Source of the DNA: a virus
Taxonomy: Duplodnaviria; Caudoviricetes
DNA length: 64,000 nt
Reading direction: 5' to 3' (one strand)
IMG/VR virus record: IMGVR_UViG_3300033463_000025
Location: 79,759-143,758 of that record
Shown here: one piece after another, positions 47,788 through 59,207 of the stretch
How the letters are laid out: each line of letters opens with the position of its first letter
Position numbering within the stretch: position 1 is the first letter of the stretch
Translations under genes and position numbers: made by a program
The notes under the pieces: model-generated
The model's input: the letters and a program-made list of their open reading frames with translations, nothing else
Database searches by the model: none
What the model was told of the DNA's origin: nothing

Positions 47788-49642
47788 TATTGATTTAGCT
47801 CAACGTAAAGAATATAAGCCGTCCGAATTATTTGATGAATTTCAGTTAGATGCTTATAAGCAAATGGCATCGACAAGCTATCTGAGCGATAAACAATTCT
47901 TTCTTAACTTTATTGAATGGAATACTTTTTTTCGTAGAAACTTCCATAGGTATGCTATGGACGGATTAAAGATACCGTTATACCCTTATCAATCGCTAAC
48001 AATGTATGAATTGGGTATAAACAACAGTAATGTTATTGTCGCCGCCCGTGGTGATGCTAAGTCACTGTTGATTGCTTTGTACGGCTGTGAGCGAAGCATA
48101 CTTTATCCAGGTAGTAAGACTTTGCTAACGTCCGCAACAAAAGGTCAGAGTGAACTTATTGTAACCGAAAAGATAGAAAGCGAACTTATGGCATGGTCTC
48201 CGATGTTAGCGCGAGAGATTGAAAGCATAAAGAGCAACCAAAATAAAACCGTTGTTAAATTTAAGAACGGTAGTAAAATCACGGTCGTTGTTGCTGGCGA
48301 AAGTGCCAGAGGTAATCGTTCTAATGTTATCGTTCGTGAAGAGTTTAGACAAATTCAAAAGAAAACGGATGACGCTATTCTTTCTCCGTGTCAGATATTA
48401 AGAAAGCCTCCGTATATGTTGAAGAATCCATACTATCAAAGTATTCCGCAATTAAAAGAACAGCCCGTAGATATTTACATATCCTCAAGTTGGTATGACG
48501 ATGGGCATTGGATGTGGAAACTGGTAGATGATACTTGGAAACAAGTACAAGAAGGCAAACCGTCTTGTTTATTAGCGTTTGACGAAGCTGTTGTATTGAA
48601 ACATGAAATAAAGTCGATGGAGCAGTTGCTTAAAGAAAAGCGCAAAATCGACCCGCTTTCGTGGGCGTTAGAATACTTAAATATTCGACTTCAAGAAAAC
48701 AAGTCGGCATATTTCAAATATACCCTATTCCAACAGAATCAACGAAGTAAGCACGTTTTCTATCCTCGTAATAATTTGGATTTTCGTGCAGGACGCAAAA
48801 ATCCTTATGCCATTCCGAAACAGCATAACGAGATTAGAATTATATCGTGTGATATGGCTTTCGTTGTTGGAAATAAAAACGATAATTCGATTTTCTCTTG
48901 CCTGCGTTGTTTGCCTGAAAAGATAACTTTTACCAAAGAGGGCGCAGACAATATTGATATGGATAACGGCTTCAGAGTATCAATCCCATATATGGAAGGT
49001 ATGCTCGGAGGCGGCGGCGACGGTATCAAACAAGCGTGTCGTATCAGACAGCTTTATGAAGATTTTGATGCCGATTACATTGTACTTGACTTTAGAAACG
49101 GTGGCTCTGTCATTTATTCCCTTTTAGCAAGGGCTTTATATGACGAAGACCGTGGTGTGGAATATTCACCATTGGCAATTATGAACGGCGACGATAAGAC
49201 GTTCAAAGATAAAAAGCTACCCAAAGTTGACGGAGCTAAAGAATGTATTTATTGTATCAGTGCTTCTAAAGCGTTGAATAGTACAATAGCCCAAACGTTT
49301 AGACAGCGATTAGCTGAAGGTCGAATTGATTTATTAGTTGGTGTTGAACAAGCCAAAGAAGAAATACTTTGCAATATCAAGGAGTATATGACTACACCCG
49401 ATGCGGATGAGCAGATTTATTATGAAAAGCCATTCCTTGAAACGCAAGCTATGATTAGCGAAAGCATCAACTTGGTATATGAAAAAGATTTACAATCGGG
49501 AGCGATTACTATTTATGAAACCGCTTCTAACAGAAAAGATAGATACACGAGTGTAAGCTATGGCGTATATTTTGCTTCATTATTGGAGCAGAGCCAGCTT
49601 ATACAAGCTGAAGAATACGAATATAGCACATTCATCAATTAG
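47777..49642 (+). CDS. terL: terminase large subunit
   Basis: Walker A ARGDAKS, Walker B VIVREE; nuclease SCDMA, VLDFRNGG, KDRYTS. Confidence 0.9.
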   Translation: MLTDIDLAQRKEYKPSELFDEFQLDAYKQMASTSYLSDKQFFLNFIEWNTFFRRNFHRYAMDGLKIPLYPYQSLTMYELGINNSNVIVAARGDAKSLLIALYGCERSILYPGSKTLLTSATKGQSELIVTEKIESELMAWSPMLAREIESIKSNQNKTVVKFKNGSKITVVVAGESARGNRSNVIVREEFRQIQKKTDDAILSPCQILRKPPYMLKNPYYQSIPQLKEQPVDIYISSSWYDDGHWMWKLVDDTWKQVQEGKPSCLLAFDEAVVLKHEIKSMEQLLKEKRKIDPLSWALEYLNIRLQENKSAYFKYTLFQQNQRSKHVFYPRNNLDFRAGRKNPYAIPKQHNEIRIISCDMAFVVGNKNDNSIFSCLRCLPEKITFTKEGADNIDMDNGFRVSIPYMEGMLGGGGDGIKQACRIRQLYEDFDADYIVLDFRNGGSVIYSLLARALYDEDRGVEYSPLAIMNGDDKTFKDKKLPKVDGAKECIYCISASKALNSTIAQTFRQRLAEGRIDLLVGVEQAKEEILCNIKEYMTTPDADEQIYYEKPFLETQAMISESINLVYEKDLQSGAITIYETASNRKDRYTSVSYGVYFASLLEQSQLIQAEEYEYSTFIN

Positions 49643-49662
49643 GAAAGGAGGGTTGTGCTACT

Positions 49663-51321
49663 ATGTCAAAGAATAAGAATAACACCAATCCTTCTTCGGG
49701 AAATAATCAAGGTGCTTCATATGAGGTGAACTCATTTTATAACAATGAAACAAATGCTCTTACTGGCGCGGATATTTCAATGTTTTATTTTGGCGTAAAT
49801 ATACTTGACGCATATACACCAGAAACGCTTATGTCGCTTGTAAAGAATCCTATGGTGAATAACAAGCTGTTGCGAGAATTATCTTTGAGGCTTTATGGAA
49901 CTAACGGCGTATTTAGAAACGCTGTTGATTATACTGTTGCATTACCAACTTTAGCAAGCGTAGTTGTTGTTAAAGATTATTCGGGTAAAAAGAATACTAA
50001 GCCAAGAATAGATAATAAAAAAGCAAACAACAAATTGAAAACCGAAGCGGTATTAAAAGATGTGCGTCATAAGGAAATTGCAAGAGATTCCTTATTAAAA
50101 GATATGGTTGAGGGCGTGTCGTTCTATTATTACGAAACGAATAAACAAAAGCCAGTAAACGATAAGTTTATGACAGACTACGATATAAATGATATGGTAG
50201 AGATAAGCCAACAATTTGAAAGCAACACTTCAATTATGGTATTGCCAACAAATTATACGCGGATAGTTGGCATGAGAAATTCATCATATGTCATAGCATT
50301 TAATTTGGAATACTTTTTGGAGTTTAACAGTAAGACACAAGAAAAGAAATTACGACAATTCCCGAAAGAAATTAGAGATGCCTTTAACAAAAGAAAAGTT
50401 GCTAAAAAAGGAAAGACTGACTACGGTAATTGGCTTGTATTAGATTGCGACCATACAATAACAACTAAGGCAGGTTCAAAACGAGAAGAGCCGTGGGGTC
50501 GTCCTATTGTCTTGGCGGCGATTGAGGATATTCTTTATGGTACTTATTTTACACAGACAAAGCGTAATATCCTTAATGAAATGAACAATAAGATTGTTTA
50601 TCAAACATTCCCTGAAGGTAAAGAAAAAGGCACATCGGGATTAACTCAAAAGCAACAAAAGGAACAACACGAAGCTGTCAAGAGTGCAATACTCAAGAAG
50701 AACAACCGAGGGGGTACATCTGTATTCTCTGTTGCCGCTGGCACAAAAATTAATACTATTGATTTTGCCAACTCGGATATGTTTGACAGCAAATATGAAG
50801 CTGACCTTAATGATAGAATAGCACTTGCTTTAGGATTCGCGGCGAGTGCATTAAACGGTGTTGGTAGTGGTAGTTATTCTGCACAGCAAACAAACCTTGA
50901 GCTTGTGTCTGCACAAGTATTTCAATGGTTAGAGCAGTTTACAAACGAGCTGAACAAGTGTATTGCCGCTAACACTGTCAAAGACAAAAAATATCCAACA
51001 GAGGTATGTTATTTACCTATCACATATATAAGCGGCTCTAAAGTCGTTGAGAACGCAAAGAATCTTTATCTGCAAGGTAAGGGTTCTCTTATTTATTGGA
51101 TTAGTGCGTGTGGTATTGACCCAGACGCATATCTCGCATTGATGGATTATGAATTAGAGAATGATTTTGAAAACCTCTACCCTGTTCATCAGACAAGCTA
51201 TACACAATCCAGTAAAGATAATAATAGTGGGCGACCAACTACGGACGACCCATCGGATAATACAGTTAAGTCACGGGCGAACGATGGGAATAATTTACCA
51301 TCGCCAAGTGACAACGAATAA
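49663..51321 (+). CDS. portal protein
   Basis: 552 aa directly after terL; PWGRP motif. Confidence 0.75.
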   Translation: MSKNKNNTNPSSGNNQGASYEVNSFYNNETNALTGADISMFYFGVNILDAYTPETLMSLVKNPMVNNKLLRELSLRLYGTNGVFRNAVDYTVALPTLASVVVVKDYSGKKNTKPRIDNKKANNKLKTEAVLKDVRHKEIARDSLLKDMVEGVSFYYYETNKQKPVNDKFMTDYDINDMVEISQQFESNTSIMVLPTNYTRIVGMRNSSYVIAFNLEYFLEFNSKTQEKKLRQFPKEIRDAFNKRKVAKKGKTDYGNWLVLDCDHTITTKAGSKREEPWGRPIVLAAIEDILYGTYFTQTKRNILNEMNNKIVYQTFPEGKEKGTSGLTQKQQKEQHEAVKSAILKKNNRGGTSVFSVAAGTKINTIDFANSDMFDSKYEADLNDRIALALGFAASALNGVGSGSYSAQQTNLELVSAQVFQWLEQFTNELNKCIAANTVKDKKYPTEVCYLPITYISGSKVVENAKNLYLQGKGSLIYWISACGIDPDAYLALMDYELENDFENLYPVHQTSYTQSSKDNNSGRPTTDDPSDNTVKSRANDGNNLPSPSDNE

Positions 51322-51410
51322 TATAATAAAAATATTATTTCATCAGCAGGAGAGCTGTCTTCGGATAGCTCTCTTTTTATATATAACACACGGAAAGGCG
51401 GTGAAATCGT

Positions 51411-52616
51411 ATGAAAAGATTTGAAATTTCAAGTAAAGCAGATAAAGACGGGATGCGGAATTTCAAAATAGTTTTACATACCATATTTCCTGACTCCTGT
51501 GTAGATGAAGAAAATCAAGTAGGAACAGAGTACCAAACCAACGGTATTACTTGGATTGAGGAATATTGTGAAAAAGCGTTGCCATCTATGATTGGCAAGA
51601 GTGTTCGCGTGGAGTTCATTGATAAAGAAAGAACGGAAATAGCGGGACACGGTGAGACTGGAATTGCACCAGACGGCACACCTACATACGAAGACGCAGT
51701 AGTGGTTGGCACATTCAATAAAGTTTATATTGATGATGTCGAAGGCGACGACGGTGAGCCTATCCGTGCGGCTATAGGCGAAGGTACAATAGATGCTCAA
51801 TGCTACCATAATTTTTGTACCAAATTAGATGAGGATATTGCCAATGATATTTTACCTTATGGAAGTGTTGAAATCATGCACGATAAAGACCATGAGGGAA
51901 TTGGTTACTTATATGGATATAAAGAACTTGGCAGAATACCGACCGAGTTTGTGTATTCTGGTTATGCGTTGTTAGGCGTTATGCCTGCTGATTACAACGC
52001 AAGATTACTTGAATTAAACAACCAACATAAGGAGGAATTACATATGGACAAGGCTGAAATGAAGGCTTTTGCTACTGAAGTAGCTTCTGAGATTTCTAAC
52101 CAACAGGCTCAGATTGACGCTTGCAAAGCTGATTGCGAAGCGAAGATTGCCGAGGCTAATGCCGCTACTGAGGCGGTTGTTACCGAGAAGAATGAAATTC
52201 AGGCTACTGTTGATGAGCTGAAGGCGGCACTTGAAAAGGTGCAGGCTGAATATAAGGCACTCAACGAGAAGTATGATGCGCTTTATGAAGAGCGTTGTGC
52301 TCTTGAAAAGGCACTTGGCGAAGCTAAGGCTAAGGAGCGTCTTGCCGAGCTGGATGCGGCTATTGAGCCGTTTAGCGAGCAGGAGCAGGCTTACGCTGAA
52401 GCTGAGATTGAGGCTTACAAAGCTGACCCCATCAATTCTGAGGTCAATTCTGTAATAAGCAAGATTTATGAAGGCATCGGTAAATCGGCAAAGGAAAAGG
52501 AAGACGAGGATGCTAAAAAGGCTGAAACTAATTCCGCAAATACCGATTTTGACATTTTCGGTGCTGTTGAAGATACAGATGTCGAGCAGGGTGCTGACTT
52601 CGATATGTATGCTTAA
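51411..52616 (+). CDS. prohead protease/scaffold fusion
   Basis: GHG and GSVEI in the N-terminal domain, long acidic coiled coil C-terminally. Confidence 0.7.
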   Translation: MKRFEISSKADKDGMRNFKIVLHTIFPDSCVDEENQVGTEYQTNGITWIEEYCEKALPSMIGKSVRVEFIDKERTEIAGHGETGIAPDGTPTYEDAVVVGTFNKVYIDDVEGDDGEPIRAAIGEGTIDAQCYHNFCTKLDEDIANDILPYGSVEIMHDKDHEGIGYLYGYKELGRIPTEFVYSGYALLGVMPADYNARLLELNNQHKEELHMDKAEMKAFATEVASEISNQQAQIDACKADCEAKIAEANAATEAVVTEKNEIQATVDELKAALEKVQAEYKALNEKYDALYEERCALEKALGEAKAKERLAELDAAIEPFSEQEQAYAEAEIEAYKADPINSEVNSVISKIYEGIGKSAKEKEDEDAKKAETNSANTDFDIFGAVEDTDVEQGADFDMYA

Positions 52617-52640
52617 TAACTTATAAGGAGGAAAAATACT

Positions 52641-53186
52641 ATGATTAAATTTGAAACTCTTGGTATGTATAGTGTTGCGAAGAACGAGCCTACTCTGACT
52701 TCTTTAACCGACATCCAAAATTATTCTTTTGTTACTGTCGATGGTATTCTGTACCTCGTTTCTCAGGAGCAGAGTGGTGACAAGCAGTACGCTAAGGATT
52801 ATACCATCAAGGCTGGCGAGTTTTTCAAGGGTTATGTTGTAGCTTCTCTGGCTGATAAGAAGCTCGTTATTGATGGCAAGCATATCGCTTATGATGATGG
52901 TAAGGGTTATAGCGACCTTGCAAAAGACGATATCCTTACTCTGAATGGCGAGAACAAGCTCGCGGTTGCTCTTAGTGCTCCCGCTTCTGGCGTTTATTTT
53001 GTTATTTCTGATGTAGATGTTACTCTGACCGAGCCTGCGATTAAGGCTTACGTTAAGGTTGCTGACAACACTGGTACTGCTACTCTGGCTGGTCTTACCG
53101 ATGTTGATACTACTGGTGCTACCAACGGTCAGGTTCTGAAGTATGACGGTACTAAGTGGGCACCAGCGGCTGACGCTACCGAGTAA
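52641..53186 (+). CDS. capsid decoration protein with C-terminal fibre-like module
   Basis: Position before MCP; LAGLTDVD..NGQVLKYDGTKW. Confidence 0.6.
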   Translation: MIKFETLGMYSVAKNEPTLTSLTDIQNYSFVTVDGILYLVSQEQSGDKQYAKDYTIKAGEFFKGYVVASLADKKLVIDGKHIAYDDGKGYSDLAKDDILTLNGENKLAVALSAPASGVYFVISDVDVTLTEPAIKAYVKVADNTGTATLAGLTDVDTTGATNGQVLKYDGTKWAPAADATE

Positions 53187-53217
53187 TCAATTCTTTAAGA
53201 AAGGAAGGTAATTAACT

Positions 53218-54339
53218 ATGACGCAAGTTGAATTAAATATGTGCAAGATTGATGATAAGCAGGCTTATCAGGGCACTATGACTAAAAGCTCCCCCATCGT
53301 TGAGGTGTTTAGTGCTATGGCTAATGAGGGTTCTGTTGAGGGTCTTGTTGGTAAGTACGGTAAGGCTAACGTAAATGCTACCGTTGCTCACATTAAGGGT
53401 CTTGGCGAGCGCATTGGTGCTGGCGACGCTTCCGCTATGGTTGAGCTGAATACCGTTAGACGTTTTGTTCTTGAAGCTCCCGTTATGGAAGAGCTGAAGG
53501 CTCTGAGCGTTTTCGGTTCTTATGAGAATGTTGCTTATGGCGAGTCCGTTGAGCGCGAGGTTTACAATCGCGGCGGCGAGTTCTCTCGTGAGCAGGCGGC
53601 TGGCGGCGACGTGGTATTCCCTGTGACTTCCACCAATACTTATCCCGTTCCGTTCTTCACCGTTTCTGGTGGTTTTGCTACCGATTATCGCAAGCTCCAA
53701 AGTGGTGATATGACTGCTGAGAACGAGGGTCTTCAGGCTGTTCGTACCGACATTCTGAACAACGCTCAAAAGCGTATTCTGAAGACTATTATTGCCGCTA
53801 TCAAGGCTGGCGATATTAAGCACGTTTATGAACACGCTGGTCTTACTAAGACTGGTGTTGATAAGGTTATCAGAGACATCCGTAGATATGCTGGTAAGGC
53901 TACCGTTCTGGGTGACATCTCTCTGACCTCTCAGTTTAATGATTTTGCTGGCTATCAGGCTACCATTAACTCTAAGGACATCCTCGGCATTTCGCAGAAG
54001 ATTCTTGACGAGATTGCCGCTAACGGTGCTCTGTCCAACTACAATGGTACTATCATTAACACTCTCGACAATACTTATGACTTCTATCGCTTTGTTGGTA
54101 CTGGCGACAACAAGAATTATGCTACCGTTTATCCAGAGGGTATCGGTCTTGTTCTGCCTGTTGGTAAGAAGTCTCCTGTTGCCACCTTCTCTCGTGGCGG
54201 TCTGACCTCCTTCTCTGGCAACGACGTTGCTACTGGTAAGGTTCTCACTCGCTTCGACGTCGAGGTTGCTGGTGACGTTGCTCAGGGTCGTGAGGGTGAA
54301 GTCGGTCTCATCATCGACTCCAACCTTGCTGGTCTCTAA
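53218..54339 (+). CDS. major capsid protein
   Basis: 373 aa, strongly biased codons, position, followed by a terminator at 54361-54385. Confidence 0.8.
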   Translation: MTQVELNMCKIDDKQAYQGTMTKSSPIVEVFSAMANEGSVEGLVGKYGKANVNATVAHIKGLGERIGAGDASAMVELNTVRRFVLEAPVMEELKALSVFGSYENVAYGESVEREVYNRGGEFSREQAAGGDVVFPVTSTNTYPVPFFTVSGGFATDYRKLQSGDMTAENEGLQAVRTDILNNAQKRILKTIIAAIKAGDIKHVYEHAGLTKTGVDKVIRDIRRYAGKATVLGDISLTSQFNDFAGYQATINSKDILGISQKILDEIAANGALSNYNGTIINTLDNTYDFYRFVGTGDNKNYATVYPEGIGLVLPVGKKSPVATFSRGGLTSFSGNDVATGKVLTRFDVEVAGDVAQGREGEVGLIIDSNLAGL

Positions 54340-54405
54340 TATCAGTATTGAGATAATAATAGCCCCACGTTTCGGCGTGGGGCTTAATTGTAGTGAGGTA
54401 GTCCA

Positions 54406-54597
54406 ATGACAGAAAAAGAATATTTTTATTGTTATTCATATCGTCTTCACCACTTCCTTATGGCGTTTGACGAAAAATGCCACGGTTCTGATTTACACCC
54501 CAAGACCAAAAACAGGTATTGGAAATTCAAGAAATCGGAAAGGCTGGATAACATAATCAAATTATATAACGAAATAAAATTCACGAAATTTAGTTGA
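54406..54597 (+). CDS. small hypothetical protein (DUF5659-like)
   Basis: YFYCYS.RL..FL...HPKT...YW.F. Confidence 0.6.
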   Translation: MTEKEYFYCYSYRLHHFLMAFDEKCHGSDLHPKTKNRYWKFKKSERLDNIIKLYNEIKFTKFS

Positions 54598-54637
54598 CAA
54601 CGTAAAACTTACAAATAGTTGAAATGAGGTATTTATT

Positions 54638-55156
54638 ATGGCTAATAGACGAAATGAACAGATTTTAGAAAATGAACCAGAGGTTCAAGAGCAAGAGCTT
54701 AATTTAGATAAAAAGGTTACTGTTAAAAACATCTCGGATTGGGATGTTGGTTTTAAAAGAGAAGTTGAAAACGGCGGAGATGTATCTATTGCGCCTTTTG
54801 GTACAGCACGTCTTTCACGTCTTGAGATTATTGCACAGTCACAAAACAATAATGCTTTGTTCAATGGATTAGGTGATGGCGAACACGCTACATTATACAT
54901 TGATGATGCACCTACTCGCGTTGAGCTTGGATTTGAAAGTGCAAACGGCAAGAAAAAGCAAGTAATCTTTTCGGATGATGTTGTTAAGAAACTGTTTAAG
55001 ATTGACAATCAAGAGGAATTTGAAAAGGCGTATTATAATGCAATCAGGACGAGAGCTGAAAGGAGAGCTATTGTAGCCGCTATCAGCCGTCTTAAACTTA
55101 ATGACTATTCTAAAATTCGGTTCATTGAAAGGGCAACTGGCTTTAATGTTAAGTAA
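54638..55156 (+). CDS. hypothetical virion-associated protein
   Basis: Position in the morphogenesis cluster. Confidence 0.7.
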   Translation: MANRRNEQILENEPEVQEQELNLDKKVTVKNISDWDVGFKREVENGGDVSIAPFGTARLSRLEIIAQSQNNNALFNGLGDGEHATLYIDDAPTRVELGFESANGKKKQVIFSDDVVKKLFKIDNQEEFEKAYYNAIRTRAERRAIVAAISRLKLNDYSKIRFIERATGFNVK

Positions 55157-55182
55157 CAGCATTTAACACGCGGAGGTGTTTT

Positions 55183-55584
55183 ATGGCTAATAATAATGTT
55201 ACTACGGCAAAAGATGTAATTGAAAGGTTTGAGGGTTCTTTTCAGGATAAAAAAGTTATCCCGTTAGAGCTTGAACTTATCTGGTTGGATATGGCGGTTG
55301 CAAGATATTCTGTTGAATTAGAGGAACTTGATTATGATTCTGATTCGCAGAAATTTAGCACCAAAGTAAACAGCTATGCCATTAGTACACTTGCCGCTTT
55401 TATGAAGCAAAGTTACCAAGAGCGAGAAGTATCTAAGGTTAATAAGCGAGTATCAATCGTTGGAAAAGATTTAAGTATCAATGCTGGCGGTCATCAAACG
55501 ACTGCCGCAAGGGAAGAACTTGCCTATGATGAACGAAAATCTAACCTTATGATTGATAATCAGAAACCTACCGCATATGTGTGA
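55183..55584 (+). CDS. probable head-tail adaptor
   Basis: Size, helical character and position. Confidence 0.5.
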   Translation: MANNNVTTAKDVIERFEGSFQDKKVIPLELELIWLDMAVARYSVELEELDYDSDSQKFSTKVNSYAISTLAAFMKQSYQEREVSKVNKRVSIVGKDLSINAGGHQTTAAREELAYDERKSNLMIDNQKPTAYV

Positions 55585-55594
55585 GGTGAATTGA

Positions 55595-56749
55595 ATGAGA
55601 CTTTCACATAATGAATTTGTTGAAAGGGCAAAACAATCATCTCCATATATTATTCCGCTGGATATATATAAAGGTGTTACTACTCCAATAAAGGTTAAAT
55701 GTGAATTGTGCGATAATGAATGGGTTATTAAAAATCCATTACGGTTGGTAAATTATAATTGTGTATGTCCTAATTGTAAATGTATGAAGATTGGACATAA
55801 CGATACGAGGTATTTAGCAAATTCACACCCAGATATTGCTATAAATCTTTTTGATAAAAACGATGGTTATAGATGTATGACACAATCGGCAAAAAAGGTT
55901 GACTGGATATGCCCTAATTGTGGAGAAGTTGTAAGTGACATTCCTGTTAATAAAGTAGTAAATAGGAAACACATTCCTTGCAAAAAGTGTTCTGATGGAA
56001 TTAGTTATCCAAACAAATTTATGTATAATGTATTAAAACAACTTGGAGAAGAGTTTATAACTGAATATTCGCCAAGCTGGATAAAACCCAAACGATATGA
56101 TTTTTATTTACCTAACAAAAATATTATTATTGAAATGGATGGTGCAATAGGTCACGGTGGTAAAACGATTGATGGAACGGATAGTATTATGAGTAAATCC
56201 GTTGATGACTATAAGGATTTGGAAGCAAGTCGTCGTGATATATGTGTGATAAGAATTGATTGTAAAATAAGTGATAAAGATTACATATGCAACAATATCA
56301 CAACTTCAAAACTGTGTAATTATTTAAACTTTGATAATATTGATTGGGAGTTGTGTGAAAAAGAAAGTCTTTCTTCTTTATTGACTAAAACTTGCAACCT
56401 TTGGAATCAAACAAATGATATTGTAGATGTTATCAATCGTTCAAAATTATCTCGAAGCACTGTTATTAGATATTTAAAAACGGGTAATAAGTATGGCTTT
56501 TGTAAATATGATGCCAGACAACAAATGAAAACGTGTGGGTATAAAAACATTATTAACGCTTATACTGCAAATCGTAAAGCCGTTATGTGCATTGAAACAA
56601 AAGAGGTTTTTGAATCTTGCAGGGAAGCGTATAAATGGCTTGGATATAATATTGATGGACACAGCATACAGGATAACTGTAATGGGATTACAAAAAGTGC
56701 AGGAAAACATCCAGTAACAAAAAATAAATTGCATTGGCAATTCATATAA
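55595..56749 (+). mobile_element. free-standing homing-endonuclease-like gene
   Basis: Zinc ribbons, YDFYLP..IIIEMDG..H..D..K (Vsr/DUF559-like) and a NUMOD-like C-terminus (VMCIET..F.S..EA); AT-rich insert among neck genes. Confidence 0.75.
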
Positions 56750-56771
56750 TTCAGCGGAAAGAGGTGATACT

Positions 56772-57851
56772 ATGGCTCAAGAATGGTATTTAATGAGGTC
56801 TCCCTACGACCAAGTAAGCGGTTTTGAGGATGAGGCACTCGACGATTTTGCACAAGAAGGCTTTTTAGAGGCACTAAGTACATCTATTGCCGATGAAGTT
56901 GAACTGATAAATTATGACCTAACTGTAATTACCAAGCTCAGGGTTATAATGGAAGGCAAATTGCAAGACACAAAGTTAAAGAGCTTGGTACGCCAAATGT
57001 TAGCCCCCATCGGCTCATGCAAGGCTGGTGACTATATAAAATACAAGGGGCGATATTGGATTATTACAGGTTTAGTAGACGATAATGGTATGTACGAAAA
57101 GGCAGTATTGTATCTTTGCAACTATCTATTAACGTGGATAAACACAGAGGGACAAATCACACAGCGTTGGGTTAATGTTGCTTCTGCTTCACAGTATAAC
57201 AATGGTGAAACAAGTACACAGAATTACTTTACACGCACAGACCAATTACTTGTGATTATGCCGCCCGATGACGAAAGTAAATTATTGACTACGGGACATC
57301 GTTTTATTATTGACGATAGAACACGAATTTACCAAAAGAAATTTGGTGATGACGTTGTTTGTGAAACCACATACCCCGTAAACGTATATAAGATTACTCG
57401 CTCGGATAGTGTTTTATTTGATTACGAAGATTGCGGACACCATCAATTTATGTGTTATCAAGACGAACAACAAGATACAGATGGCTACTACGTTATAGGC
57501 GGAAAAGGCTATTGGCTTTGTGACGTTCCGCAAAAGGATAAAGAAGAAATTGATGTTGTATTCAAATCACAGATTATATGTGATACTCAACCGATTATTG
57601 AGCTTGGTGGCGTTCCGACAACATTTACAGCGAGATTTGAAAACTACAAAGGTGAAGATACAGAAGTCGAGCCGATTTGGAATATTACTTGTGACTTTAT
57701 GAACAAGTTGACCGTTGTGCAAAACGGCAATTCAATTTCCATTTCTGCCATAGATAAAACCAAAAAGATTATAAATAAATCATTTGAGCTATCTTTAAGT
57801 GCAGAAAATTATGAACCGACAACACTTACCATAACTATTAAACCTTTTTAA
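56772..57851 (+). CDS. probable head-closure/neck protein with C-terminal Ig-like region
   Basis: GDYI..YWII..CNY.L.W; position. Confidence 0.55.
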   Translation: MAQEWYLMRSPYDQVSGFEDEALDDFAQEGFLEALSTSIADEVELINYDLTVITKLRVIMEGKLQDTKLKSLVRQMLAPIGSCKAGDYIKYKGRYWIITGLVDDNGMYEKAVLYLCNYLLTWINTEGQITQRWVNVASASQYNNGETSTQNYFTRTDQLLVIMPPDDESKLLTTGHRFIIDDRTRIYQKKFGDDVVCETTYPVNVYKITRSDSVLFDYEDCGHHQFMCYQDEQQDTDGYYVIGGKGYWLCDVPQKDKEEIDVVFKSQIICDTQPIIELGGVPTTFTARFENYKGEDTEVEPIWNITCDFMNKLTVVQNGNSISISAIDKTKKIINKSFELSLSAENYEPTTLTITIKPF

Positions 57852-57869
57852 CAAGGAAGGTGAGCGACG

Positions 57870-58367
57870 TTGGCTAAGAAGCGTTTTAAGGCTGGTATAA
57901 CTTCTGCAAATATCAAGCAAGAAATTAACACAGCTCTATTCAATAATGAGGATTTGCGTAAAATGGTTCTTGAACAAACCAACGCTGATGACACGCTTAG
58001 AGGGCAGAAACAAGCCTTTAAGAAGCGTGTCTTCTCTCATTTATTCATAGATGAAACCATCGAAGAAACTGGCACTTATATTTTCTACGATGTAGTATTC
58101 CCGTCACTACATCCCGAAACAAAGACTTGCCAGCTTTGGATGTATATTATCTGCCACCGAACACTTATTGATGATTTTTCAAGTGATAAGTATTATGGCA
58201 ATCGCATAGATGCGTTAATGCAAATGGTGGAAGACTCTATACTTAACGATGATGATGTAGCCCTGAATTTTGGAATTGGCAGGCTCTCGTTAGACAGCAC
58301 CGAGGTCTACAATTCAATGAGAATGTATGGGTATTCTTTGGTTTTTAGTGTACCTGACTTTAGATGA
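57870..58367 (+). CDS. probable tail completion protein
   Basis: NRIDAL..G.G.L; position. Confidence 0.5.
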   Translation: MAKKRFKAGITSANIKQEINTALFNNEDLRKMVLEQTNADDTLRGQKQAFKKRVFSHLFIDETIEETGTYIFYDVVFPSLHPETKTCQLWMYIICHRTLIDDFSSDKYYGNRIDALMQMVEDSILNDDDVALNFGIGRLSLDSTEVYNSMRMYGYSLVFSVPDFR

Positions 58368-59176
58368 GATTAAGCTACGGTACACAGATAGGATATTCCC
58401 CCATAAGGCTGTCTATGGGTTCAATAATAAAACCCAAGCTGAAAGATATTGATTCCGATGATATGTCATTTGAGCAGTTATATTTCTATGAGTTTTTAGC
58501 CGTTATGACCCCAGAAGATTATTTTACTAAGATGAAGGGTGACGAAGGCAAAGAACAATGGGAAATGATTAACGAGGATGATAGGTCTAAGATAAAAATA
58601 TTTGATGTTATCAATGCAGACCAAACTTTGCAACAGAGTTTTTTAGGATTATTCAATTTCTTTTTTAAGGAAACGGTATTGTATTCCGATGGGTATTTTG
58701 TGACGTTACAGCCGAACAAACATTACAATATCCCAAGCGATATTAAAAAAAATGATATTGTCGGTGTTATCACAAATGATAACTTCTCAGAGGTTTTAGA
58801 TATCATACGTCAAATATGTTGCATTGACGTTGACATTGAAAAGACCGAACAGCCCAAGTTTAAGAACAGGGCGGCTGAGAGGATTTTTAAGAAAATCGAA
58901 AAAGCTGAGTCAAAAAAGAAGAAAAAGGCAAATAAGAATTTGACCTTACCTAATATAATCTCATCCATCACAGTCAAACATAACTCAATCAATTTTACAA
59001 ACATTTGGGATTATACGATATTTCAACTGTTAGATAATTTCTATCGGTTGCAAACTGAGGATATACACCAGATTGATTGTACAAGAGTATCTGTTTGGGG
59101 TGATGAGAAAAATACTTTTGACCCCGCAAGATGGTATAAAAACGAATATGACAAAGATGAGCCTGACGAACAGTAG
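58364..59176 (+). CDS. hypothetical tail-region protein
   Basis: IWDYTIFQL..F.R; position. Confidence 0.65.
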   Translation: MRLSYGTQIGYSPIRLSMGSIIKPKLKDIDSDDMSFEQLYFYEFLAVMTPEDYFTKMKGDEGKEQWEMINEDDRSKIKIFDVINADQTLQQSFLGLFNFFFKETVLYSDGYFVTLQPNKHYNIPSDIKKNDIVGVITNDNFSEVLDIIRQICCIDVDIEKTEQPKFKNRAAERIFKKIEKAESKKKKKANKNLTLPNIISSITVKHNSINFTNIWDYTIFQLLDNFYRLQTEDIHQIDCTRVSVWGDEKNTFDPARWYKNEYDKDEPDEQ

Positions 59177-59207
59177 GCTTTTCTAATGTAATAAGGAGGA
59201 TTAAATT